Origin: Lama guanicoe
Lineage: Eukaryota
Length of the DNA stretch: 64,000 nucleotides
Assembly (NCBI GenBank): GCA_013239625.1
Contig: MU053934.1
Coordinates: 2,163,031-2,227,030, forward strand
Direction of reading: 5' to 3'
Each line of letters begins with the position of its first letter. The first letter of the stretch is position 1. The translations under genes and the position numbers were made by a program. The notes beneath the pieces were generated by a model. The model was not told the DNA's origin and did no database searches. It was given only the letters and a program-made list of their open reading frames with translations. Shown here piece by piece: positions 25,353 through 37,651 of this stretch.

Positions 25353-26087
25353 CTTAGTTCTCTTGCTTTTTTCCAAATTAACCTCTATATCAATATAGCA
25401 TTTGAAGTTTCATAGGAACTGCCTTGGTCTCTCAGTTCACCCTGGTCCGAAACAGCACCAGGCAACTTGACATATAGTCCATCCAGTGGGTTGTCATCAG
25501 CATGATCATCACCATCACCAGCATTATCATCCTCAAGATATCACTGCCTAATTCAGATAAACCCGCTAGAAGTTAAAAGTGAATTGATACTGGAAAAGGA
25601 GGGCTGGAGACTCCAACCAGCGCAGACACTTCTGGCTGGGACATCACACCCTGGGGGAGGGGAGAGAGAGGAGCCACTGCCGCCTCTCCCACAATCCAAC
25701 AGTCCCAACTCTTTGACTTTCTCCTATTTGCAACTCTTGCATTCCCAGTCTACTTCTTGTTGTTCCGCCAGCCTCTCTCTTTCTTCAGGCCCCCAGGGTG
25801 TTCCTGGTCCATGACACATGGTTTCCCCCTCTCGCTCCCTCTCTCGCACTCCCTCCACCCTTATTCCAGGCTCCAGGCTCCAGGCTCCCTGTTTGTCTTT
25901 CACGTCTGCCACCTGCTTGAATCCCTGCCCGGCTGCGCTCAGACCCAGAAATGCCAAATTCCTTCACACCCAGGTCCACAAGTTTTATTTGGCTGTGTTT
26001 TTCCCTCTAAGAATCTACCTCTGCATCTTTGCCCTACAAGGCCCCTGCTACCTGCACTGCTCTGGGGTAGGGGGAGGAAGACAGGCC

Positions 26088-26961
26088 CTACTGCAGACTC
26101 TGGTAGGTCTGGGTAAGCCTCTTCAACCTCCTCTCCAGCTCCCAGGCCCGCTGCCTTAGCCATTCAGCGGACTCTGCCTTTGCCCCCTCATGCAGGTGCT
26201 TTGACTCCATCACTAGGAGGCCCACATCTATCAGAAGGGAGACACTTGCCATGCCGAAACCCATGACCCGGGCTCCTCTGCTCATTGCCTGACCTGTGAC
26301 TCTAAGATTTTCTGGCAACGGACTGCCTCTTCGGACTGTAGTTTTCCCAGTGGTCAGGAATTCCCACAGAGATTTCAGTAAGCCAGGGTTGCCTCTGACC
26401 TCCTCGATGGCAGAGATATTCATTTCAATGCGTTGCACAGCTTTTGTGAGGTTCTCTGCTGTGGAATCAATTTGGCGCAAGCAATACTGCAGAACCTCCT
26501 TGACCATTTTCCATTTGTTCACAGCAGGTGACATCAGGCAACTGGCTTCGTTTTCTGCTGATGACCTGCTGACGTGATCCACGACACCAGTGGTCACACT
26601 GGTCACAGTAGCTGCGACCCCCAGCCCAAAACCAGTTGCCGAGAGTGCCAGACTGACCCCTGCTGTCACAGGTGCCAGAGCCAGGCCAAGCACGGCCAGG
26701 ATGCCAGACACAACACCAGTAGAGGCAGCTGCCACCTGGGAGATGGTACAGTCCCTGTGAACCTTGCCCACCTTGTCTGCAAGTGCACGGAGCTTTCCTA
26801 TGCTTTCCTCAATATCACGCTTCATCTGAGGGAAGACCTTCAAAAACCTCTCCCAATACCTCTCCCTGTCCAGCTGGTCTATTTGGAGCCTGTCTTGGCC
26901 TTTCCGGACCGACTCGGCATTCAGCTCGATCAGGTATTCACGCAGTGCGTCTGCCTCTTCC
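26088..26961 (-). CDS. APOL: APOL copy B, large last coding exon
   Basis: Acceptor ttacag|G GAA GAG GCA at 26961. Open frame REEADALREYLIELNAESVRKGQDRLQIDQLDRERYWERFLKVFPQ...LRALADKVGKVHRDCTISQ...ESKHLHEGAKAESAEWLRQRAWELERRLKRLTQTYQSLQ*. Confidence 0.95.
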
Positions 26962-27261
26962 CTGTAACAGTGAAGGCCAAGGGGTTAAGAAGGCAGTTTG
27001 GGGGTCTCTGTAAAATAAAAAGTAAAAGATTCATCCTGCATAAATTACAGAGATTTTACTATAAACCAAAGGAAAAGATTTTTACAAATATAAAATTTTC
27101 TTTTGACATTAACATGTTTTGTACATTGTGGAGGCTCCATTATACTTGTTATAACAGGGAATAAAAACTTAAGTCATCTTGGGATACTCTTAAGTGATAC
27201 GTGTTTGGTAAGACACATTCTGACTCAGAGGCGGGTCAACACCGCCACCTCCAAGGTGCTT

Positions 27262-28403
27262 GTAGAGCGGGAGCTCCGCAGAGAAACACACAGAGGTGGG
27301 ACTGGAGCAGAGAAGCTTTCATTCAGAGAAACTTAGGGTGCAGTGAGGAATCAACCTGCTTTTCCCCTTGGCCAAGGTCATGATTTCTAAGCCCCTAGAA
27401 TGTTCTGGCTGACAGGAGTGCCTTGGTTTGCCTGGGCCTCTGGCAACTGGGCAGTTTGCCGGAGTGACGGGTGATGGGCATCTGGGTCATGGGCTGTCAG
27501 TCCTGACCTCTGGAGGAACTGAGCATGAGAGCACTGATCAGACCTCTGGGAGAGGCTGGAGACTCAGGTCAGCTGGGCGGGCAGCCTGTGATTGAGCCCC
27601 AGGAGGACACTGTGCACTGAGGCTCAGGGTGCCTAAGACTCTCTCCTTCAACAAACGTTGGTCAGGCTCTTCTGAGTCCTCTTCTCAAGCAGGCCTCCAC
27701 CTTCCCCTTCCGTGTCCTGTCCCCGATGGCCCCCATCACCCAGTCTCAGCAGGAACCCTGCTAAATCCACGTAGTGAGTCTCCCCCACTCTGTGGTCTGA
27801 TCGCCTTCGATACCTGATCAAATTCCTCATCTCCCACCTTTGAGGCATCCTTCCTTGACCTGCCTTTAGCGAGAATCCTGTTAGGAAAGTTTAAAAGGAA
27901 TCCCATCCCCCTGGTGTCTCCTCTCAGTAATTTTCCCTCTACCACGCCTCACTCTGCTCCTTGGCTATAAATCCTGAGTCTGTGCTGTATTCGGGCTTGA
28001 GCCCAGTGTGTCTGCTCTACAGCAATGGGCTTCACACCTATCACCACAGTCCTCAGTGCAGCCTTCCTTATCATATTAAGGACAGTTAGGATCGTTTTGT
28101 TAAACACAGTGGGTATCCCTAGTTGGCACCTGAGTCCCGTGGGCCCGGAACTCAGGACAGTAATGCGTCCCGAGGACAAGAGAAGCTTCATGTTTGAAAC
28201 CCTCCCAGACAATGCCCTGTGGCTGCTGGGAACCCGCATCCTTCCCTGTGTTAATTCGGAACTGGGAGTGTGCCAGGTGTCAGGGAGTTCTGTGCATCCT
28301 TCTCGAGAATTCTCCAACCTGAGGTTGGTTTGGGGCATCCTCCAAATTTGTCATCGCTGTCAATTGTAAGAACAATCTGGGGACTGTGCACTAAGACTTT
28401 GCA
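27262..28403 (+). mobile_element. Same nested LTR pair in copy B
   Basis: Collinear homologue of 7980-9140. Confidence 0.5.
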
Positions 28404-29992
28404 GTTTCACTAACACCAAGAGCATAAAATTTGTTTTAAGATGCAAAACTCACGGCTAGAAGGGACCCTAGTGTTCACTACCCCTGACCTATGCTCCCTT
28501 CCAACCCTTATGACTTTGACCTTCCCAGTTGAAGGTCCCTGGGTCCATCCAGTTTCCCAACTGACTGGGAAGCAGGAGAGAGGCTACTAAGCCTGGTTCC
28601 CATTGAACTCTCTAGCCCCCCTCACTGACTCGACCTGCCACCCAGCACCTCTGACCTCTTAGGTGTCACCAGTGTAACTCACAACTTAGCTAGTGACACC
28701 TTCAGGTACCTGCATACTAAGGTCATGTGCAACTTTTCAGACCATCTAAAAGATTCAAAGACTTTAAGAAACATCCATACGAATAGCTCACTCTGAAAGG
28801 CCTGCATTTGGACGAGCTGGTGGAGAAAGTATTTTCCTCTTTGTTGGGACAAGATTCTCCTCAGAATCCCACAATTTACACAAAATTGGCAGCTACTCAT
28901 TCTGACAGTGGAGTCGTCACTAAGCCACACTGCATTCTGATGGGTCAGGGTACTCTATGTAGAGTAGAAGAGGGTCCCACATGGCAGTGGAGACCCTCAG
29001 CCCCAGGCAGGGTGTGGAGGACACAGTAACCCGGGCCCTCTATGCCCAGCACAAGGGGATCAATTGTGGGAGGGAGGAAATGTCCCCTCTCCCACTCACG
29101 GCACCTCTGCGGGTTGACAGCCCCTTCAGCTTTGTGTCCTATGGGCCACTCCCCTCTCTCTGGTCCTGGCCCCACTACCCACGTCTCCCTACTACTTCCC
29201 CAACCTGGATCCCTCTGCTCCATCCTGAGCCCTGGCTCTGACCGTGGTCCAGGCCTCCCTAGAGCTTTGCACAAGACGCGTGAACTTGGTTCCCCACCTG
29301 TGACCACGGGGTTCATTCTAAGGCCATCACCACGGTCTATTGGATTGAACTGCTTTTCCCTTTATACAGATGACAAATCTGAGATCCAGGATGTCAGTCT
29401 GGAGACCCACAGCTGGGCCGGGATAGAGCCAGGACCCATCCCAGCTCCATCCAATTCCCCCCAGGACTCCCTGCCCTAGGGGCCCCGGGTCCTGCAGTAT
29501 CTGATACAGAGGCTCCAGCCAGAAGCCCCAGGAAACAAACTGACGGTTTCATCAATTTTTTGACTCATCCCAAAGGGAGTCCTTTTTGGTTGTCATCTCC
29601 AGGATCAAGACCCTTGGCCTTCGATTCTTCACAACAACCTTTTTCAAAGTTAACATGAACTGAGCACCTACTACATAACAGCCGTTATGCTAAGCACTTG
29701 GCATGTGTTATCTCAGTTTCCTCATAATAAAATTAAGCAATGAAGAAACTAAGGCAGAGAGTAGTTAAGTCCAAGGTCAATAACCTGCCCCTTCCTTGCA
29801 ATTTCATCTCTTGTTCCCCGAGGACGTCCACTGCCAGCAAATGACATGGAGGAAAAATTCCTCATGGATTTTTGAGAAGGAACATCCTCCACCCCAACCC
29901 TAGGATACTGCCTGGAGGAGGTGTGCCTATCAGTGGAAAATAGCCGAGGGAATTGGTTTGGGTGACATCCTTGGGGCACCCGTGCAGGTTAC

Positions 29993-30113
29993 CTGGACAA
30001 ATTGTCCTCAGCCTCAAATCTATTTAGGACTTCAGTCAGCAGGTGAAGCAGTTCCTCTCTGCTAAGTATGTCCCAGAGAGATTCGATGACAGCCTCAAAG
30101 AAGCTCTCATTAT
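29993..30113 (-). CDS. APOL: APOL copy B, middle coding exon (121 bp)
   Basis: ctag|ATAAT...TCCAG|gtaacc. Translates (D)NESFFEAVIESLWDILSREELLHLLTEVLNRFEAEDNLS(R), with the same length and phases as copy A. Confidence 0.9.
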
Positions 30114-32673
30114 CTAGATGGGTAGAAAGGAGAAATAGATTAGGAGAAATTGTGGTGGAACATAAATGGTATTGAGTATAAAGTGGTTGCACTTCTTCTT
30201 CACGAGCAGCGCTCCCCTGGGGAACTGTTGATGGAGTCACCAGTGCTATGGGCAGATCTGGGTCCCCCACAAGTTCATATATTCAAACCCTGAGCCCCTA
30301 AGTGATTGTATTTAAAGATAGGAATTTTAAACAAGTAATTATGATCAAAAGAGGTCATAAGTGTGGGGACCTAATCGAATATGACGGTGTCCATGTAGGA
30401 TGCAGGAGAAATGCCAGTCCTCTGTCTCTCTCTCTCTCTCTCCACGCTGAGGGAAGGCCGTGTGAGAGCAGGACCAGAAGGCCGCAGGTGGTTCCACCCA
30501 GGAATGAGGGCTCAGCAGAAACCAGCCCTGCCAGCTCCTGTATCCTGGACTTCCAGCCTCCAGATCTAACTGTCTAATCCCTGGCATTTAGATGAGTTTA
30601 GGAATTAAATTTTTTTAATCCTTTAGAAAGAGAATAAATACAGGGCACATAAGCAATATCAATTATAATTTACAGCAGTGTCTGGGAAGCAGCTATAAAG
30701 AAATGTGTTCATACTCTAACAGGGAAACTAATAAATATACACATTACATGATGCACAGAATGTAATGATTATAAAGAGCCTCAGGTCAGCACAGGGCAAG
30801 CTTACTGTCCAAATGAGTTACCAATAATATGGTGGTTTTCAGGGATTTGGAGGTTATGAAATTGCTGATCACAGACTGGGGACTAGTACGTGTTTACATG
30901 TGGCCTGCGACAGGATGGAAATGCGCTTCGAGTCACATTCCCACAAAGAGTCATTATCCCTACTACGCAGAAGAAGAAAGTGAGACCAGACAGGGTAATG
31001 ACCGCCGAAGGCCAGCACGCAGAAAGCCCAGAGGTTGAAAGTCTCGGGGATTCTTCTGACATTACTTTGAAGCCTCCTTACATTTTAAACCCCCCTGTGA
31101 TGTCTGCATTCTCTCCTACAGCGTATCTGTGGGGACTCTTTGCAACCCGTTTGTGGCGGTGAGCACACTGCAGTGGATACAGGAATAGAAATGTTGTACA
31201 CATGAAATTTACGTCATCTTATAATCCGATGTGACTTCAATAAAAAAAAAAAAGTCTCAGAATCCAGAGCGTTGAGTAAAAGTACCAGGTGAGAGACTCC
31301 TCCCTGGAGTCACAGACGCCAGGCCGGGCGGGGAGGGGCTTCCTCAGGGGCGCGAGGGGCGGGACCTCAGCTCTGAGCCTGTGATCTGTCCCTGTCACCT
31401 CTCTCCCCCCCAGGCTGCTCCCAGGGGCAAAGCTCCCACTGGCTCCAAGGAGCCCCGCTGGCCCGTTTATACACAGGAGACCATCTTGTTTCTGAGGAGA
31501 GCTGATCCTCAGGGCTCCCGCAGCCCGGCCTCCCTCAAGGGCCCCAGAGCCGGCTAGGGGGCTCCTGGCTTCTGTTCTGCGTCCCCTCTCTTATGTTTCC
31601 ACTTGAATATTTTGCTCCCCTGTGCAGCTCCTGGGAGGGTGTCAATTGGTTGCTTAGCAATGCAGTCATGGAGGCAAAGTGGTCCTTAGAAAACAGGAGT
31701 CAAGAAAACACAGTGCTGATTAGGGTGTGTGGAGAGTTCCTCAGTGTTTTCTCTTTCCTGCGTCACTAAGGGTGAAAGGAAACCAGGGCTTCCGTGTGGG
31801 GAGCTCCCAGCACTAAATCTGTACGTTGATTGATTGGGGTGAGGAGGGTGCAGAAATGCCTGAGCACCTGGGTGTCTGCAGGGGGATCTGAGGGCAATAG
31901 GATTAGAAGCTGCCTGAGGCAGTCCCGCCTGGTATTCAGGTGCCCTGAGGGAAACATGGGGGTGGGGGGGTGAGAATTCTGGGGTGCAGCGAGGCCCCAC
32001 TACATAGGGACAGCAACAACACTCAGGAGGACCTGCTCCGGGGCAGGCACTGGCCCAGCCACAGACCTACGTTATATTTGATCCTCAGAACAACATGAGG
32101 GAATATCATTCCCATTTTACAGGGGATGTCAGGGAAGGCGCACCAGGTCACACAGGTGGCAGGTGGCAAAGGCCAGACTGGGGTTCCATTCAGGGGTCCA
32201 CTGACCCTGGCAGAGGGGTTGGGGTGGCAGCAGAGCTTAAGGAAATGGTTTCAACTGGGAAGAGCCCAGGGTCTGGGAACAGGAGGATTCTGGAGAAAGG
32301 GAGGGGGCGGAGAAGCCTCCAGTGTTGCTGGTCTACCTCCTCTCTCTTCACCTCCCTGGCCTCGGGATGCCCCACGCTACTCTCACCTCCTTCCCAGGGC
32401 TTCCCCTGTCCCACCCATAGTATCTGCTGTGTGGTGGGGGAGGGAGGGAGTGAGCACCTTAGCTGTGGCCCCCTGAGGAGAAGGCCCAGAAGGAGGCTGT
32501 GAGGAAAGATCCCTTTGGTGTGAGGGACTCCATTCAGCCCCTCTTGAGGCCTCAAAGATGCCTGTCAACACCTTCTTGGGTCTTGATTCCTCTGTAGGTT
32601 AACTCAGCCTGGAAACACCGCCCTCATTCTAGGGCACAAGGAGGAAGCAGCCAGAGAAGGGGCAGCTAACTAC

Positions 32674-32704
32674 CTGGGCAGTAAAGGATGCCTATTGACG
32701 TCAT
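32674..32704 (-). CDS. APOL: APOL copy B, first coding exon segment MTSIGILYCP(D)
   Basis: ggcaccATG ACG TCA ATA GGC ATC CTT TAC TGC CCA G|gtagtt. Joined CDS is 31+121+874=1026 nt, giving 341 aa. Confidence 0.8.
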
Positions 32705-34230
32705 GGTGCCAGCAGCGGGGTGTCAGCGTCGTCACTTCAGCTCACCAATCTGCATCAGGCTCGAAGGAGGTGTGGCTTCACCCTTGGGGAAGAGAAGACA
32801 GATTGTGGACTGGAACATGAGTGAGCCCTGGCAACATGGGGCAGCCAAGGGCCAGGTCTGGCCATTTCCCCAGGGATGGCCACCAGCGCCAGTGGACTCA
32901 ACCCAACGTCTTTCTCTGTCTACTGGGCTGTGCCGGTGGCTATTCAGGGAAAGTTCCTCACATCATGCAGCTCCCTCGAAGCGAAGTCAGAGTTCTGTTG
33001 TCCTGTTGAGGCACAAGGAGAGGTTATTCAGACAATAGATGAGAACCTGGGAAGTTGCAGAAGCAATAAATCCAAACACAGAAGAAAAGATAGGAAGGGA
33101 ATACCCTGCAAATTACGTGAGGGTGGGAGCAGCTGTGGTAACTACTTGGTAGTAGTTAATACTGCTCCAGGGTCTATGACACGCAGAACTGCGGAAACTC
33201 ACCTAAACTTAGCTTAGCCCAAGTTTTCCCACTGGTGCTGCACCCCGAACTTGAACCCAAGTCTTTCTGACCCAGATCCCCCAATTATGATGACTGTGCT
33301 CTACTCCCTTTAATGACCGATAACATTTATTCATGGATATATGCTTATTTCTAAGTGAATCTTCTCATTCCAAAATTATCTTTTTTATATAAACTTACTT
33401 TACTGAGATGTAAATTACATACAGCAGAGGGCACAAATCTTCAGGGTAAAACTGGATTAATTTTTACCTATGTTAATTCTGTAACCAGCAGCCACATCAA
33501 GAAATCAAACATCCCAGCAGCTCCTCCAAATTCTCCTGTTCCTTCTTCCCAGTCAGTATTGTGCCACCCAAAGGTAACCGCAATGCTCACCTCTACCACA
33601 CTGCATTAACTTGCCTGTTTTTAAATTTTATAGAAATGGGGTCACACAGTTTAAATTCTATTTGTGTACCGCATTTTGTTTGTCTATTCTCCGAATACAT
33701 ATTTGCGGTGCTTCAATTTGGCAGCTATTATAAATAAAGCTGCCATGGAAATGCTTGTACAGATCTTTTGTGTGGACTTGTGCACTGTTTCTGCTGGATA
33801 TTTCCCCGGAAGTGGGCCTGCTAGCTCCCAAGGTACCTACAACACTGGAGCTCGCACTGGTAGACAGTTTTCCAAAGCGGTTGTACTTAACTGCTTTCTG
33901 CATCTCTGAGCTATTCCCACAGTTACCCTGGGTATTAGTTTTCATGTGTCTGTATTGCACTTCCCCTGGAGCTCCTTGAGCAGAGGTTCATATATGATCA
34001 ATACAGAGATTCGAGTTATAATTAAATAATTATAGTACATATGAGAAAAAAATGAAATGCATTCATACAGCATGGTGGGGGAGAGGGGGTTAGGAATCTC
34101 GGTTTTACAACTTGCTTTAGTTAAATTGATGTGTAGTCGATTTACAATGTTAGTTTCAGGAGTACAGCAAAGTGGTTCTGTTGTACATACACATACATAT
34201 ATGTCCATATTTTCAGATTATTTTCCATTA

Positions 34231-34818
34231 TGAGACAGGAGAGAATAGGGCAGGGCACAACCACTCTAGGAATGACAGCAAGCAAAATGGTGGGAGATTC
34301 ACCTTCTACTTGGCCTTGAGGATTAAGTGGTTTAAGTTCTAGCTGATCTGCAGCTTCATTATGTGCTCATTGTAAGAGTATAATCAAATAACATGCCCGC
34401 AGGCGCCATGACAGCCCCAAGTCTAACTGCAAAAGGCCAAAGAATGGGCAGTGGCCCAACCCCTGGGAATCCCAGCCTCTTCCCCAGGGCAGTTGGATTG
34501 ATCCCACCTGTAGGCATGTGAAGTTACTGAGACCATAAGAAGCGACACCACCCAGCCTAGTGGCCCTCTGTGCTCTCTATCCCCATTGGAGACGGCCTAC
34601 ACTCTGTCTATGGAGTGTGTGCCTACTTTTACTTTAACCTGAGCACCTGATTCTCACAACTCTTTCCTTGCCTTTCTCTTGCCTTACACACCATGCAGTA
34701 CATAACTCTCTTAATAAATCTACCTTTACTCAGCGGTGGCTCACCATTGAATTCTTTCCTGCGTGAAGCCAAGGACACACACTTGGCGGAACACGTCCCA
34801 GGGGCTCAATGGTGACCT
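34231..34818 (+). mobile_element. Same solo LTR in copy B, 3' end removed by a deletion
   Basis: Homologous to 14340-14927, then jumps to sequence matching about 18426. Confidence 0.7.
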
Positions 34819-34980
34819 CAGTGGTGTCCCAGTTGTGCCTAAACACGGCCTTAAAAATAACAGCATCCTGTCTCTGTGGCAAACAGTATGACAGCGCCTC
34901 AAACAATTAAATACAGAACTGCCATGTGATCCAGCAATTCCTCTTCTGGGTTTAGACCCCAGAGATATGAAAGAAGAACC

Positions 34981-35125
34981 TTTTTTTTTTTTCTTTTTAA
35001 AGGCATTTTGTTTTCTGTCTAGGAGGTAATTAGGTTTATTTATTCACTTAATGGGGCAGAGAGGACTGAACCCAGGACCTCACCCATGCCACACACGTGC
35101 TCCCCCACTGAGCTGTACCTTCCCC
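34981..35125 (-). mobile_element. Vic-1-like SINE, copy B paralogue
   Basis: Nearly identical to 18581-18723 at the equivalent position. Confidence 0.75.
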
Positions 35126-37502
35126 ACTGAAACCAGAGTCTTCAACAGAAACTTGTGACTCATGTTCCTGGCAGCACCTTTCACAAAGGCTAAAACATAG
35201 AAGCAACCGAAACTTCTATCAATGGATGAACAAGAAAAAAATGTGGTCTACACATACAGTGGAATATGATTCACATGAAAAATAAAGGGAATGCGGACAT
35301 GCGGTACAACGTGGGGGAAAATGAAGAACACTACGCTCAGTGAAAGGAAACAGCCACTAAAGACAAAGACCATATGAGTCTCCATGTATGAGGCACCCAG
35401 GTTAAACCAAGTCCTAGAGACTAAAGGTAGGAAAAAACAAAACTAGAAAGGGAGTTCCCAGGGGCTGTGGGAAGTGGGAGGGTGTGAGTATTTTGGAGAC
35501 AAAGTCTCAGTTTTACAAGATGAAAGGGCCATGGAGCTATGGATGGCGGTGACGGTGGCACAACCTTCTGAATGTATTCACCACGCAGCTGCACACTTTG
35601 AAACTGCAAAGGTGCTAAATGAGAGATCACGCATATCTTACTTCATTAACCAATGAATTTGGAAAAAGAAGCCAGCCATAGCTCACGGTGAAAAAGAATG
35701 TGACAATGAATATATGTACGTTCATGTATAACTGAACAATTGTCCGTTACACTAGGAACTGACACAATATTGTAAACTCACTATAACTCAACAACAACAA
35801 CAAAAAAGAAGCCGCTCATACAGGGACAAACACGGATTCCTCTCAAACGCGGTCCATACAGTACCAGGTTCCTGAGGCCGGGGAGGGCAGTGGTGCTTCC
35901 CAGGGATGGAGGGCAGAGGGATGTGGAGTCAGTGTTTCATAGGGACAGAGTTTCAGGTTTTTTGTGAGATGTAAACATTCTGTGACTGCATGGTGGTGCT
36001 AGGCTCCCAAGATGTGAATGCCCTAAATGTCAATGACATGGACACTTAAAAAAGGTGAAATGTGAAATTTTGTTTGGTATATTTTACCACAATTACATTT
36101 GAAAAAGTAAATCCTTAAAACACAGCCTTTTTGGAAAACCACAACAGCACCTGAACCCTTTACCATCTGAAAGCATCTTCACACCCAGGACCGCATTTGC
36201 TGCAGCGGCCCTGAGATGCGAACAGTTACTGTCCTCTGCTTCACGAGGGGAGACTCAGATTCAGACCTGCCCCAGCCCTGGGAAGCTGGGCTGGGCTCTG
36301 ATTCTTGTTCTGCTCTGTTGTGTGGACTTTGCCATTTCTCCAGAGGGAGAGAAATCCTGAAACCCAAGGGTATTCCCTAAATCCTCTCTGTTAGCTAGTT
36401 ATTAAAGAAAAGGGCGCACTGAGCAGAAGCATGAATGTCCATGTTAAAAATAAAGATTAAACGCCCCCCGCCCTGGGACGCCCGTGCTGGTCCTCCCTGG
36501 GAGATGGGCCTCCCTTCCCAGGTACCAAGTGCACAGTGACTCGCTGTGGATGGGCTGCTCTGATCTGTTTTGTGAAACCTGGGTGGAATGTCTGTCTGAG
36601 TTGGTTGATATTCTTTGTTCAGACAAGACATAAAACTTTGCTGAAAACCATGCTTCTCCAGAGCGCTTGCTCAGAGCTCCCTGAGAGGCTGCCTTCTGTG
36701 GAGTAGTTCTCAGTTTGGCTTAAAGAAAACTCTTTTCTCTTCCTATTATATGTCCTTTACTGATTATTCACATTGACACAAGTCTACAGATGGGAATTCT
36801 GTCCTAAGACTGCAAAACAGGAAACGTGCTGTGAGAATGTGCAGGGGGCCTCGCCCTTCCTCCCTCCGGGCCTCCTTCCCTCACAGCCCACCTCCCACAG
36901 CTCCCACCTCACGCAGTCCTGAGGGAGCGCCCGGGGCGCCCGGGGGGAAGGCAAAGGCCTGCTGACTGTCTTCTTGGTCCCCTATCCTCCCAACTCAGGC
37001 CTCTGTCCCCCCCACCCCGGGCACTGAGCAGGCCCTCAGAGACCGGGTGGGGGAAAGACCTTAATTCCTTGTATCTCAGAATTAATCTTTGGCCCCCTGA
37101 GCCTCTATGCATTGCCCCGGGGGTGGCCTCGCTGTGGCCTGGCCACAAAGACAAAGGACTCTGACTCCCTCTCCTCCACATTCTCTGCTTCCTCCAAATT
37201 TCCCCAAGGACTGAGCCCTCAACATCCACCTCCCTTCAGGGTCACAGCTCACGTCTCAGCCACCTGAGCAGTTGTCGCCCTCCCTCTGCTCTGTTTTTGG
37301 TACAGGGGGCGGGAGGAAGACGTCAGACCCTCCTGCCTCCACATCCAGGCTCTGCCCTGCTTACCCGGTGGTCCTGGGCCCCTCACCTCCTCTCCCTCAG
37401 ATTCCATTTCCTTGTTCTCTCAAAACACTGACAATCAGCGAGTGACCAGCACCCTCTTCTCAGAGAGTCGTGCTGAGGATGGGGAGACGGGGGTCTGCTT
37501 AC

Positions 37503-37632
37503 CCAGGAGTCTCGCTCTGGCTGAGTGTGAACCAGACCCAGACGTTCCCAGCTGCGCGGATCCAGTCACCAGCTGTGCGTCTGTGTAATAAGCAGACACC
37601 GCGTCCTCGGGGCCCAGATATATCTCTAAAAT
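37503..37632 (-). other. APOL: APOL copy B non-coding first exon (5' boundary approximate)
   Basis: Paralogue of 21097-21200 with the same ctcctgg|gtaagc donor. Confidence 0.7.
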
Positions 37633-37637
37633 CCAAA

Positions 37638-37651
37638 GGGAAAGTGAAAGC
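37638..37651. promoter_or_regulatory. IRF-E/ISRE-type element in the APOL copy B promoter
   Basis: GGGAAAGTGAAAGC, identical to the copy A element and in the same position relative to exon 1. Confidence 0.75.
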
